Of a stretch of DNA of 64,000 bases, positions 1 through 12,100 are shown piece after piece. The position numbers and the translations under genes were made by a program. How positions within the stretch are numbered: the stretch's first letter is position 1; each line of letters opens with the position of its first letter. The notes beneath the pieces were generated by a model that ran no database searches, was not told the DNA's origin, and saw only the letters and a program-made list of their open reading frames with translations. This DNA is from Balanoglossus misakiensis (Eukaryota; Animalia; Hemichordata). The stretch covers positions 8,567,649 to 8,631,648 of the forward strand of contig CM082585.2 of the NCBI GenBank assembly GCA_040954595.2, in the 5' to 3' direction.

Positions 1-953
1 AGTCAGAGCTCTTAGTGGAACTGTAACGTAATAGAGGCCAGGAGAACCGTTCGGAATACAGTAAGTGGTTTCTTGCAATGTTTAAACATGTGTTAACTAA
101 TGCTAGGACATGCGATGAAGCTGACTGATCACGACTTTTTTTATTTCATTGAAAGCAAATTGCAGCGGAATTTAATCGTACTGCGTTTTCTTTCTCGGAT
201 ATATGATCTGGGATCATCCTTAGTAACGACAAACATGCCGTACTGAAACGCGTCCGGAAATGTACATCATAAAAATGAGTAGTTGTTGAGGCCACAGTCC
301 CAGCTGTTGCTCAGAAGTAAAACCAATCTGTAGTCAACTGTGAAACAAACCGGTCCAAAATATCTTCAAGTATAAAGACCTCTGGGTGAGAAAAAAAATC
401 AGTCTTGCTAGAAAAAGAACTTGATGCTACCAACTGTAACAAATCTCAGGAATTTTAAATATTTCAGTGCATGAATTGCTATTCCAAACCAAACAGCTTT
501 CGGATCTTTCTATCATTAAACGGACTGACTATACTTCATATGTTGACAGCTCAAGACATCCTTGTTTTGATATATAAAGCTATCCATGTGTACGCAGAGT
601 AGCTGAACAACTTTCTGAAATACATCACCAAGCTATCATTAAAATCCCCTAGGGGTATACATATAATCCGTCAGCCATGAAACATCCAAAATGTCAAGAA
701 TGTACAACAAACTGACGACCTTACTTGGGTATTACGGTCGACACAAATATTACATATTTTGATTTAATTTCCTGTAACGAAAGTTGTGCTTCAATCCTTT
801 GACGTAATATCGCACTATGACTTTAAGCTATCTCAGAGAAAGCTTATTGCTCTGTCAGTCAACCATCCAGTAACTGAGTACTTAGAACTGAACTGATAAA
901 ATTTCATAATCCTACTGAAGTACCCAAAATAACATAGTCTGTTTATCTCTATC

Positions 954-1008
954 CTAGTATCTAGTCGTGTGAGTGAGCAAATATGGACAACACGCTGCTA
1001 GATACTAG
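954..1008. repeat. Small inverted-repeat (hairpin) element
   Basis: ctagtatctag...ctagatactag arms, with gtttatctc repeated directly on either side (~941 and ~1013). Confidence 0.55.
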
Positions 1009-2387
1009 ACTAGTTTATCTCCCTTTAACCCCCATTTCCTCGTAGATGGATTCAACCATCCATTGAAAACAATAGGACTACACCAAATCAAGATGCACTT
1101 TCTAAAACAACTGTCCTATATACCAAACTAATTCACCACAGTGCGGAAGATAACTCAATCACAGAGATGTTTGCATTCATCCTGCCGAATTGTACTGGTA
1201 TAATTCCAAACTACAAGACAAGTTAGAGAAGACAAAACATACATGTACCACTGATCCTGTACAACTGGCAACATGTGAATGTGCTAAAATTCCACTTTTG
1301 CAATGTATTTAATTATTATAAGTGTTTGCTAAACATTTACAATACTAAAAATATTATCAAATTCTACATTGCCAGTTGGTAGGTTTCACTTGTACAAGTT
1401 AGGGCACTGCAAACAGCACACTGTCTATGCTCTTTTACGGACAAAGGTTACAAACAAGTAAACATACAAACAAGCAAACATGAGACACACTCTCAAAGTT
1501 CACTTTTCATTTTTAAGTTGACTTCTGCATGACATTGGCAAGGCTGTTGTTCATTTCAGTACTTTTACGGAAAAAGAGATTTCAAATAAATTAAAATAGA
1601 TTCTAGTTGAATTTTCCATTCACACAACTTTGATGTTGAACTGGAAGAACACGGAAATCTGAACATCAGCCAAAAATCTGAAACGCCAAGAACTGAGAAG
1701 AAAACAAAGAAACTGACACAATGATGAAAGGTGAACTTTGACCTTGAACAGTGCAGAATGTTAAATACCAGTCATCGTTTTATCTTTACGGTTGCCTGGA
1801 GACAAAAAATTATGAGAAACAATCATATGATATGACAGAAAATAATTCTGTTATTCTGATCAGAAAAATGAATCTTAATAAAGTCCTTATTAAATTTATA
1901 TTCAGGGCAATCAACCTGCTTAATAGAAAATACGATCATATAATTTGTAAAAAATATCCAAAAATTTAGTTGCAGGGAAAATGATCAGTCCCCAATGAGC
2001 ATTACAATTACCTTCACAATGAAAAAATTGCACATATCATTGCCTGAGTAAATTCATAATCAATTTACTAATAGGATATTAGAGCATTGTGCACTTTGAA
2101 ACGGATGCAATTATACTGTCAAATGATTGTCAAATATGATGTCCAGTAAAACATACAAAATGGATTACCTAAGATAAGAATTATTTTTACCATATGAACA
2201 CACAGTGAGTACAAATATGACTGAAAAAAATGAATAACTTTGTGACAATTTTGAGATGAAATAATTCTTCTACACTTGACGTTTTCAATTGTAATTATAT
2301 AATACAAATATTAAATTTGTGTATGGATTATACAAACATAAATTCATACACAGTTGTAAAGTTATCGTGCTTGTAATTAGTACCTAC

Positions 2388-4935
2388 CTTGTATTCCTCT
2401 TAGTCCCTCCCCGCATCCATGTTGACAGCCCAGAACTTTGAAGATCCTCATCAGAGTATCCATCACTAAGTTGTGCATGGTCATTGGCTCGTTTTTCATT
2501 TCCTCCAAGCGCTGTTTCGCTCTGACCGCCTTGTCGACCGGCTTCTCTTCCTCCTTTTTCTGGTCGCCGTTTCCCTCCTCTTCCTTCTTCTCCTCTTTCT
2601 TCTCCTTCTTCGGCTCTTTCTTCTCCACCACGCTCATGTCTAGAAGGTGCTCGATGATTCCGAGGGAGACGTCGCAGATCCGCCCGCTCGGTTCCCGGGA
2701 CACGACGCTGTTGAGGGCCTTGATCAGGACGCCGTGGTTGATCTGACCGTTGGGAGAGATGTAGTGGGCGGCGCCGGGGGCTTCCGGGATGTCCTCCTCG
2801 ATCACCGTGGTGTAGTTGACCATGGTGTCGGAAGCGCTCCGGGATATGGGCTGCGGAGGGGGTGGCACGGCCAGAGTTATCATTCCGTCGATGTCCTTCC
2901 CGGGATCATCGTCGCACTCCTCCTCGCTGGAAGACTCTCGTTTCCGGGAGACCGATTCGCTCGGAGGGCTGGGCGGCTCGTCCCGCGGGACGGTGATGGT
3001 TTCCACTTCGGGGGCGAGGGTCACAAACAGCGGCTTGTGGGAGGAGGAGGAGGGCATCGCTTGGGGGCGTGGCACTTCGGCGATGTTCAAAGTGGCGGCG
3101 CTGGCCGTTAATCCGATGTTGGTGGTCGTCTCCGAGCTGCGATCGATCGCCTTCTCGAATCCCGGAGACTCTTTCAGGGTCTCCTTCGGAATCAGGAAGC
3201 GGTCGTCGACTTCCATGAGAGACGGCAAGTTCTTCAACTTCACCACGTCGATTGTAAATTTGAACGGTTCCACTTTCGGGGGAGCGAAGTTGCCGGCTCC
3301 TTCGATCAGCTTCCCCAGAGTCGAGAGAGGACTGCTGGACCGCCTGCTGCCTTGACTGTCCGGTTTCTCCTTCAAGAGTTCTTCCGTACTGGCACTCATC
3401 GATGTCGAGCTCTCCTCCGACTCTTCGTTGATCGACTGGGGAACCGCAGCTGCCGTCGCGTGGGTCAGACTCGACTGTCTCCGAACAGGTGTGCGTCTCT
3501 TCCCACTGCCTCGCCTCTCGAGACTTCCCCTCCTCTCCAGAGCACCTTTCCTCTCGAGACTCCCCTTCCGTCTCAAGCCCCCCGAAGTGTCCGAGTGGTC
3601 CGTCTTGATCTTCTTGGGAGAGTTGCTTCCCTCGTCGTGTCCGTCGCTGTGTCTCTCCTTCCCGTTGTTTCCCTGATACATTCCCGCCGTGGGCGGTGCC
3701 GACAGCTGCTTGGAAGCCGGAGTCTTGAAGAACGACACCTCGATCCGCGGAATCGGCGACGAGTTACTGCGCTGTCGGAAGCGTTCCAGCTTCAGCGCCT
3801 CCATGACGATTTGTTTCAGCCGGTTCTGGATGTAGCTGAGCGCCCAGTAGATGCCGTCTTCGGACCAGTGGGGATTGAAAAGGCATCTTAACACGGCAAC
3901 ATCAAAGAAAGTGGCGAGGTAGACGTCGCTTTTCTGCGAGATAATCTTCTGCGACTGATCGTGCTGCGGACTCATTGGAGAGGGGCTCCTTGAGTCGGGC
4001 GTTTGGCTTCCCTGAACGGACGGACTCCGACTATCGTCCACCGAGTTCCTCTGCAGCCGTCCGCACTGACAGGACTTGGTTTCGCCCGAGTTGAAACTGA
4101 CCGAGGTGTTGCAGACCTCGCAGAGGAACTCCACGGTCACAGACGGGGGATCCGACGACACCTCGCTGCTGAAGTGTTCGCAGACGTCGGACAGCGTGAC
4201 GAGGGGCGCAACCTGGTCGCTGCTCAGCTCGCTGCTGATTTCCGGCGGCTGGATCTGGCTGCTGCACGGACTGGAGGACGATCTCGACGAATACATGGAG
4301 TAGACCGACGTCGCGGCCTGCACCGTGTTCTCGATGGTAAGACTGCTGCTTTCGTTGGTAGAATGCTGTTCGTTGTGCTGGGGCTGCGTTTGTTCCACGT
4401 GCTCCCTGTCTTCCTGATTGTGCTTTCCCGATTCCTTTGGCACGTTGTTGGGAATTGGCCGGACGATGTGCAGCGTTCGGTGCTTCGGTTTGACCAGGGC
4501 GGAGAAGAACGGATTATCCGGGCACTTGAAGTCCCACAGCGCCTTCCACATGGACATGCCGTTCTCCAGCCGGAAGGTGAGGTCCGACTCGCGGACGCTG
4601 AACGCCAGCGGCGCGAACAGGTAGACAAACAGCTGGATGGTGGTGAGCGGAGCCTCGTACCAGATGTTTGCTACATCCCCGTTGTCCTCCTGGAAGCATT
4701 CCTGAGGGGCGTCCAGAAGGACCCAGTGCAGCGTGTACAGCAGCTTGGTCTCGCCCACCCCCAACTTGTCGATGTGACCCAGGTTGACGCGGTTGGACAG
4801 CAGGGCGGCACAGCAGTGCATGAGATGCGGCAGGGCTGTCTGGATGAGCTTGTAACGAGGAATGCTAGCGACAGCATCGCAAAGACTTGGTGATAGGCCG
4901 TGCAGCTTGTTTTCCACCAGGACTCTCTCAAATGT
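2388..4935 (-). CDS. unc-80: unc-80 coding exon 3 (2548 bp; TFERVLVENKLHGLSP...GCGEGLRGIQG); gene continues beyond the window start
   Basis: Acceptor tgtctcttttctag|ACA TTT GAG is in phase 0 with exon 2; donor is CAA G|gtaggt. UNC80 motifs present: ENKLHGLSPSL, ALPHLMHC, KLGVGETKLLYTLHW, TIQLFVYLFAPL, ATFFDVAVLRCLF, WSEDGIYWAL, GCQHGCGEG. The exon is GC-rich against AT-rich flanks. Confidence 0.95.
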
Positions 4936-6292
4936 CTAGAAAAGAGACACAGAAATATTGCACATTAAAAATTTCATATTCAATATTTTATAACAAACAA
5001 TATACCAGTAGAAGAACTTTTGCACCAACAAAAATGATTACTGCATTATTAGATTTTGGAAAAGGACCATAGCTAAATAAATTTTCTGTATGACACTATA
5101 AACTTTCCCTAACAGATGTACAAACACAGGGAATAGATGGCATGTTGCTTAATATTTCATCAGTAATAAATGTTATTATTTTGCCCCAAATCCTCTGCCA
5201 GTGGAGGTAAGCCACCTTTACCTCAATGTCTGTCCACTATCAGAGTATATCTTCTAAAGAAACAGTCCGTATCTGTTAATTGCCCTGGCTTAGCCCACTG
5301 ATTAGTTTTTCCAAGAGATTATCATTCCCACAAGATTAACCCCTACGCAAACATTGCATGGTGAGAAAGTATTATGATTCTGGAAATTGCATACATTCCA
5401 AGTTTAAGCCAATATGTCAATGCCTGGTTTACAGTTACGAAAGTATCTGAAATGCAGCCATGTCTTAATAGCGTCCAGAAAGACCACTGCATCTATCAAA
5501 ACAGACAGACGGAGACCTCTGCCCTCAGTTATCAGAGTCATAGATCTCTCTCATCTGCTGAGGACAAATTACGTAAACAACCCCTGGTTCATTCACCAGT
5601 GAACTTGTGGACATGACAAGGTCATGTGGTTATCCAACCCAAGACATGCCTGGGCACAGACTATTACAACGGCCAAGTATTAATACAACCACGTGGTATG
5701 CCGATGAGACAAACAGATGTCCCCATAAGTACATGGATCCAGTTTCATCAATGGCCATTACTAGAAGGGAATCAATCATATGTCCGTAACTCAACTTTTG
5801 AAATAAAGACCTCACATTACAACGTGAGATGAGGGAGGTTCATGAAACAGGTTTATTAGAAAACAGCCAGTCAATATTATGATGCACAAGTACATGCATG
5901 TTCATATGTGGTGCACTTTCATGCTTGTCTTCAGCCGAAAAAAATTAAATAATTTTATTTTATTTTCCTCCATAGGTATCCCTTTCGGCAATTCAACACA
6001 CTTAAATACTACCAGTACACATACTGAGTTAACTTTACGCAATATCCCCTGGCACAGGACAGATTCACCCATTTGCATTCTACGACTGCCAACAAACTGT
6101 GTACACCCCTGGAGGAAACCGCTATGCTATGAAACATACAATGAAAACACTTGCAAAGCCAGTCAAATCGAGAAAGAACTGCCTTCTGGCTATTTACCGG
6201 CTCCATTGCAGTGGCACTCAGGTTTCTGCTACACATGACTTCCGATTCAACACACACCACTCCCATCAAGATAACCACTTACTGCTTACAAG

Positions 6293-6520
6293 TTATGATA
6301 CGCATCTTAAATATGCAGCGTAGTTATCGTTATTTACATCCCAATTCATGCCACCCACTATTTTTTTATTCATAAAATATTTTGTTGTGATCGTCTGAGC
6401 TTTGATATGATACGCGCGGCATCTTAAATATGCATCGTACATTTCTCGGTATTTACATCTCCATTCATGACTACAACAAAAAAATTCACAAAATATTTTG
6501 TTGCGACCTTCTGAGCTTTT
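6293..6520. repeat. Degenerate ~113-bp tandem dimer
   Basis: tatgatacgc...catcttaaatatgca...tatttacatc...aaaatattttgttg...tctgagcttt occurs twice. Confidence 0.8.
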
Positions 6521-7455
6521 CTTTTATTTGTTTTCTTTGGTTTGGCTCCGGTTAAACCTACTGAAACCACCTTGACAAAATTGTTTATACATACATTCTG
6601 AATGAATATAAATAAACAAATGTACTAGAGGACCCTTCATGGACTTTTCTACCAGAAATTTAACCTTCTATCTGTCAGTGGTAGGGGTGTGGAATAAGGG
6701 ATTTAGAAAGTAGAATTAATAATGTACTTTAATCCATTTATTTATTTAGGTTTCCTTTTGAAAGACTACCATGATTTGCCTTTTTATTGTCAGCCATATA
6801 CTGAATTAACAATTCAAAGATCTGATTTGAATAGCAAAAGTACACTAAACTGCAACAGATCTCTTGATTAAACGGATGGTATACGCACATCTTTACCATT
6901 TGAAAATTAAATCCAATCTTGGGTCTCATTCAATTTCCACGTTACAGCATCCGGCTCAAATACTATCTGTCTTACATGTTTTCTCCATTTCAAGTCATAA
7001 AACGTTTTATGCGGTTCGTGGAACGCCTTTTATTACACACGCGATAGGATATCAAATTTTAATTAAAAGACCAGTGTTCCGGTAGTGGGGATATCACAGA
7101 AAAGAAAGAAAATAATGGCCGACGTAGTACGATATCACTGAGATACTTGGGTTGGAAAGAGGATAGGATCATGCTGTTTATACCTTGCTTTCCCTGATGT
7201 CAAAAACAGCTGTTTTCACCGATAGCGATGACAATACACTATCACCAATGCTAGTTTAGTCAGTTACCATGATGAAATATTTCTTTCCCATGGATGTAAA
7301 ATCCCATAAAACAATTCAAAAGATGTGTCATGGTTGGTGACCATGACACATGAACTGTGTTAGTATTTTGTGTACAAAAAATACTAACACATTCCCCCCC
7401 CCCCCCCCCCCCCCCCCCAATATAATGAGGAATTTTGGTGTGTGGCCTGAAAGAG

Positions 7456-7793
7456 TTAAAGGAAAACATAGCTGTAAAGGGTTTTTCTTTTCGAAAATTT
7501 CCTGGTGTGTGTTACTGTTAGCAACATCAGTATGTCTTGTTTTACTCCATTTTAGGTCTATTGAAGGATTACTTTGCTGGTTGACATAGACTGTTCATGT
7601 TTAAATATGCACCGCTATTGCCATCAAAGGAATTAAAGTCTGGATTTAAAATTCCATTGTTAGACGTACATAAGCTGAAGGTTTTTCAACCTGCCATGGG
7701 GATTAAACAGGAAACCGTCACCGATACATTCGCATAGAATTAAAAAAGAAACATTGAAAAGAGATCAACATTTCACAGCTGCAGTCCCTTTAA
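7456..7793. mobile_element. Degenerate TTAA-flanked non-autonomous DNA element (Kolobok/piggyBac-like MITE)
   Basis: The left end ttaaaggaaaacatagctgtaaa resembles the reverse complement of the right end, ttaaagggactgcagctgtgaaa. Confidence 0.5.
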
Positions 7794-9081
7794 CTGTTCA
7801 AAAAACCTATAGAATATTTTTATGATGACCAACAAAAATTAAAGCACAGGGGATGTGAAATGCTGGGGGTGACAAAATACATGTATAAGTGGTATATTTG
7901 ATATCTGTTCAGAAATTATCTCTTGAGTACTGAGTCCTTACATGTGTGTGTGGGCTGCAAAACTCACAGAGTTCAAAAGTTTTGAGGTCGCATGCCTTTA
8001 TTTTACAGAACTTTAAACTACAAAATCTTTTGATTTCATGTTTGGTATTCATTGCTCCTGATTTATTCTACTTCATATATGAATATGAGATCATGTTCAA
8101 ACACACCAGATGTACAGGACATAACATGCAAATACATCAATGACATAATTTCTGGTACACACCATAAATTATGTCATTGAAATATCGGCATGTTATATGC
8201 ACATTAAAGATGTTAAAACTGTGCCAAATAAATTAGACCACACAGAATTTTTTCTTATTGGCAGTTGATTATCATAAAGTCAAACACAATCCGGTGGTCT
8301 GCCCTCTCGGCCGAGTATCTATGAATGCAGAGGACAATGACCTTTGATCTCCTTCTTGATTTCTTGCCGACCCACACCCTGAATTGCACACTCTGCAGTC
8401 AATTAAACTCAGTGGGTGAACCAATTCCCAAATGAGTTTCTGGTGGCTGTATATTATGTTATAATTTCAATGTCAAATGCTGTCGCAAATTACATTTGAA
8501 TGTATAATTAGCAAATACAGCTTCAAACTGGAAAATCCCTCATTTATTATCAAAACTAATATCATAACAAGATTAGTGTCATTATTTGTTCCGGGGACCG
8601 ATTTTTTTTCAATTCCAGTTTTCACCTTGCTGGCAGATGCTCTATCTTTTCAACATGGTTATGAATCAGGTGGGCCATATTTTCCGACGATGGAAATGAA
8701 CCGATATATGGTAGGAAATAAAACGTGTCACACGCATTTTTCAATCGGAAAGTGTGAAAGTAATACCATACAGCTGTGAACAAAGTATATGGTAATGTGA
8801 TTCGGCGATGTTGGCACATGCTGGTCAGCGGATAATGCAATAGACAATAAATGAAAACGATTTCTACGGTAATCCAGCAGAGATGTACTGCTGTCTGAAC
8901 ACAGCTTAATAAATCAATTGAGCCATGGAAGGTTGATGTCCTGACGAGTGATGTTCTTTTCATGAGAGAAAGATGAAAGATAAAAATGAAATATTAATTA
9001 AAGACCCTTTGCTGTAACTTCAAGAATTTTCAAGTTTACCAACTGAGATCAAGATGTCGGCCAAATTCAAGATGCGCGGGG

Positions 9082-9109
9082 ATTTCCATGGAAACCGTTG
9101 CTAGGCAAC
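9082..9109. promoter_or_regulatory. Paired RFX X-box-like palindromes (ATTTCCATGGAAAC + GTTGCTAGGCAAC)
   Basis: Direct match to the RFX consensus GTNRCC(N0-3)RGYAAC / GTTGCTAGGCAAC. Confidence 0.6.
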
Positions 9110-12100
9110 TAGGAATTCAGACTGCCTAAGTTGAATTCTGCCATGTCAAGCTTTAATAGGGCTGAAATTGACTCGCACGTAATGGCGGAGTACCACAGCA
9201 ATTTGGCAGGCAAAATGGCCGACACTGTATTTCGCCCCACAAATCTTTGCAGACAGCTGTCAAACCCGAGCTCCATAACCTTCCTCTGTACAGTTAACAG
9301 CCCAGAAATAAGGGCACTTTAATGACAGGGCTGCAATATACGATCCAATTACCAGCCATGTCACCCATAAGGTGGAGGGGAAAAAGAGCAGTTTAGATTG
9401 TGTCACCGGTGGTTTGTGTATGACACTACATTAATCATAGAAGCGTTAACACTCGGCAGATTATTTACAGTCAACTTGACTTGAAGATTAAAAATATCTG
9501 CGTCACCATGGAGAAAACAGACCAATATGGCCGATTCCTCCACAAAACAGTGTTTTATGCTGTACTGTTGTATCGCACATGTTATTTATGCGAGCGAAAT
9601 TGTATCAAGTCCTTACTTCATAATACACATTTTCGTCACAAACATATAGATTTGGATAATAATCCGATGAATAAATCTCATGCCCATATGGATTTAATCT
9701 GTTGTTCTATTGATTGGGTTTCTATTTTTGTGATAAATCCAGCACAAGGTCCCTGCGTGCAGAAAAGATGTTGCAGATATGAGGTCAGAGGTTTTCCGTA
9801 TTTTCTGAGAAATCGATCGGCATTCTTTGACAAGGCACGTAACAGCTGCCGTGATCTGGATTTTACTAATTGAATGTTTCCACAAAGGATTTCCAAAATA
9901 CTTTATATTGAATGATTCCGCGACTCGGAATGCTACATCACTATATTCTTCAGTATACGCCCTTAAAAATAATGAACTTCTAACATCACAAATGCGCTAT
10001 ATGGGTCAATTGCTGAGCTATAAAAGTGGACATCACATTTCGCTTTCCATATTGTCGAGCTCGGCAATGTGTGACGCCAAGTTAATAGTCATCGCAGGAA
10101 ATACAATTTTCAATCAACGCAATTTCACTCTAAGTGGTGCAACACGGCGAGCCATTATAAATACAGTGCGCAATACGTGAACTTATTTTAGCTGTCCAGA
10201 GTTCTCAAAGTGCTCTTACAAGATTTGCGTGGGAGCGTTTTTTTACCAGGTCAGACAGAATGCCAGCGTGGCCTTGAACATGGATGAGAAAACAGGATAC
10301 GACCTTCTCAAGTGCAGGTTATTTAAAGAGAACTGGCAGTTAACAAACCCTAAAATCACTGACATGTCACATGTGATCTTTGAGGAGAAGTAATTTCTGA
10401 ACAGCAACCCTAACTACAGTAAATGTCACAAGGTATCCTTAATACAGAAGTTTGTTATGCGCAGAAGTCGTGCGCAGAACACCAAAAGAACCCAGCGGGC
10501 AATATCACCGGGCTTTATCAACTCTACAGCCATAATATATCACTTTTTTTCTATGTCACATGAGCGTGTCTCAGCCAATCACGAACACGACATAAAACGT
10601 GAGGTGTAATAAAGGTTGTTATACTGAAGTGACATGTATGACTGAAGTATTCTGAATGTCTCTACTGTAACTCAAACCAAGAAACATGTTCCTACTCAGA
10701 GCTATTTTAACAGTCATGCAATCCTCGATCCTTTGTAGAAAAAAAAACACTAATTAGAATGTACACTATGCTTTCAAGCCTCCTTTCCGGCACATGTTCT
10801 TGTGCACGAACAGAAATCACTACCTGAAATATTATCTGTGTACCTGTTAACACGGAACAACATGATTGTTATTCATGCCCCCCGATAAAAATAGACTCTG
10901 TGTGTTTGCCCGATTGCTTGATCACTCTCAAACACAATTTATCAACCGTGCATGTTGACTGTACAGGTTCTCTCATGGGGAAATTACAGTTGCATGCACG
11001 GTCCCGTCCTTCACGCCAAATTTGTGTGCGCGTCATGCCGCGTGCCAAGGTCATTTCAGCCGTCTATCTCGATGTTGGTTTCCCAAATGCTGTGAACATG
11101 GATTTACACAAGTGCATGTAGAAAAGCTCATGGCCATCAGGTTATGAATTTTAATACTGTCTCAATTCGTCGCTAGCTGTATCACAATGTCTGTGACCCT
11201 TCATTTACAGGGGTCTGTAGATCACAGTTCAACTGGTCTGTCGACCTGTCTGAATTCAACAACTGTCAAAAATTATAGCCACTTATCCTTCAAACTGCTC
11301 TAATATCACACAAATACAATATCTAAAAGCTCATCTGGTGCATCTACCGGTATATAGACGTGTTTTAATTACTATCTTTTAAAGTTACAATGTACTGTAA
11401 TTTGCCTCCCTTTTACCACAGTGTATACACAGTGCACCGAGCTCGTCATGTGGATTTCATTTACTGTCAATATTACAGTCGCAAGCATCCTCCCTGCCCC
11501 CTTTTCACTGTGTATACTCGACGTAAACACCTCATCAAGTCCGTCTAATAGGATGTAAATTTCATCAGAGTCGGGGCATTTGCATTCAAATGCCGTTTTC
11601 TTCGCTGCTCTTTCTATGCCGCGCACTTCATCATCGCGAAGTGGTCAGCTGTGCGCCATTAAAGTAAATTATCTGAATGGGTGAATTGGAATCGACGGGG
11701 CAAATGTCACCCGAGTTCTTCCCTTCATCAACTCGTCAAGAAAACTCAAATATCAATCACTGCAGTTCATTACTTTTTTTTCTGGAACTGAATGCACGCC
11801 GAAGTCATTTAGGCAAATGCTGTGAATAGGTGAATTCTGATAAATGGACCTTGGCATGCTCAGACGTACCACATTGCAATTATTCAAATTCACAGCTTTG
11901 GAATGAATGTCTGAAGTCCTTCATTTCCACGACAGCGTATGATGGAACTGCGTTTCAACCTTATCAACATAGTTCTAATTTCCTCCAAAACAGTTCACTC
12001 AATATATCTCCTTAAAATAGATTCGTTCTGAGAACTGCAATCGATTTAAAGATGGCAGAATCAACTGGTGAAAACAACGGTATACAAATTTAGCTTTAAA

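Noticed and set aside
2438-4931. Many overlapping plus-strand and alternate-frame ORFs, up to 296 aa
   Set aside because: These are shadow ORFs produced by the high-GC3 unc-80 exon, with no recognisable motifs.
10188-10212. Partial REST/RE1-like site (GCTGTCC half-site)
   Set aside because: Too many mismatches in the second half-site, and no full RE1 was found in the window.
9480-10620. Run of 60-130-aa ORFs ending in a repeat-like CCAATCA-containing terminus; possible transposon remnant
   Set aside because: I could not recognise any transposase or recombinase motif, or define both ends.
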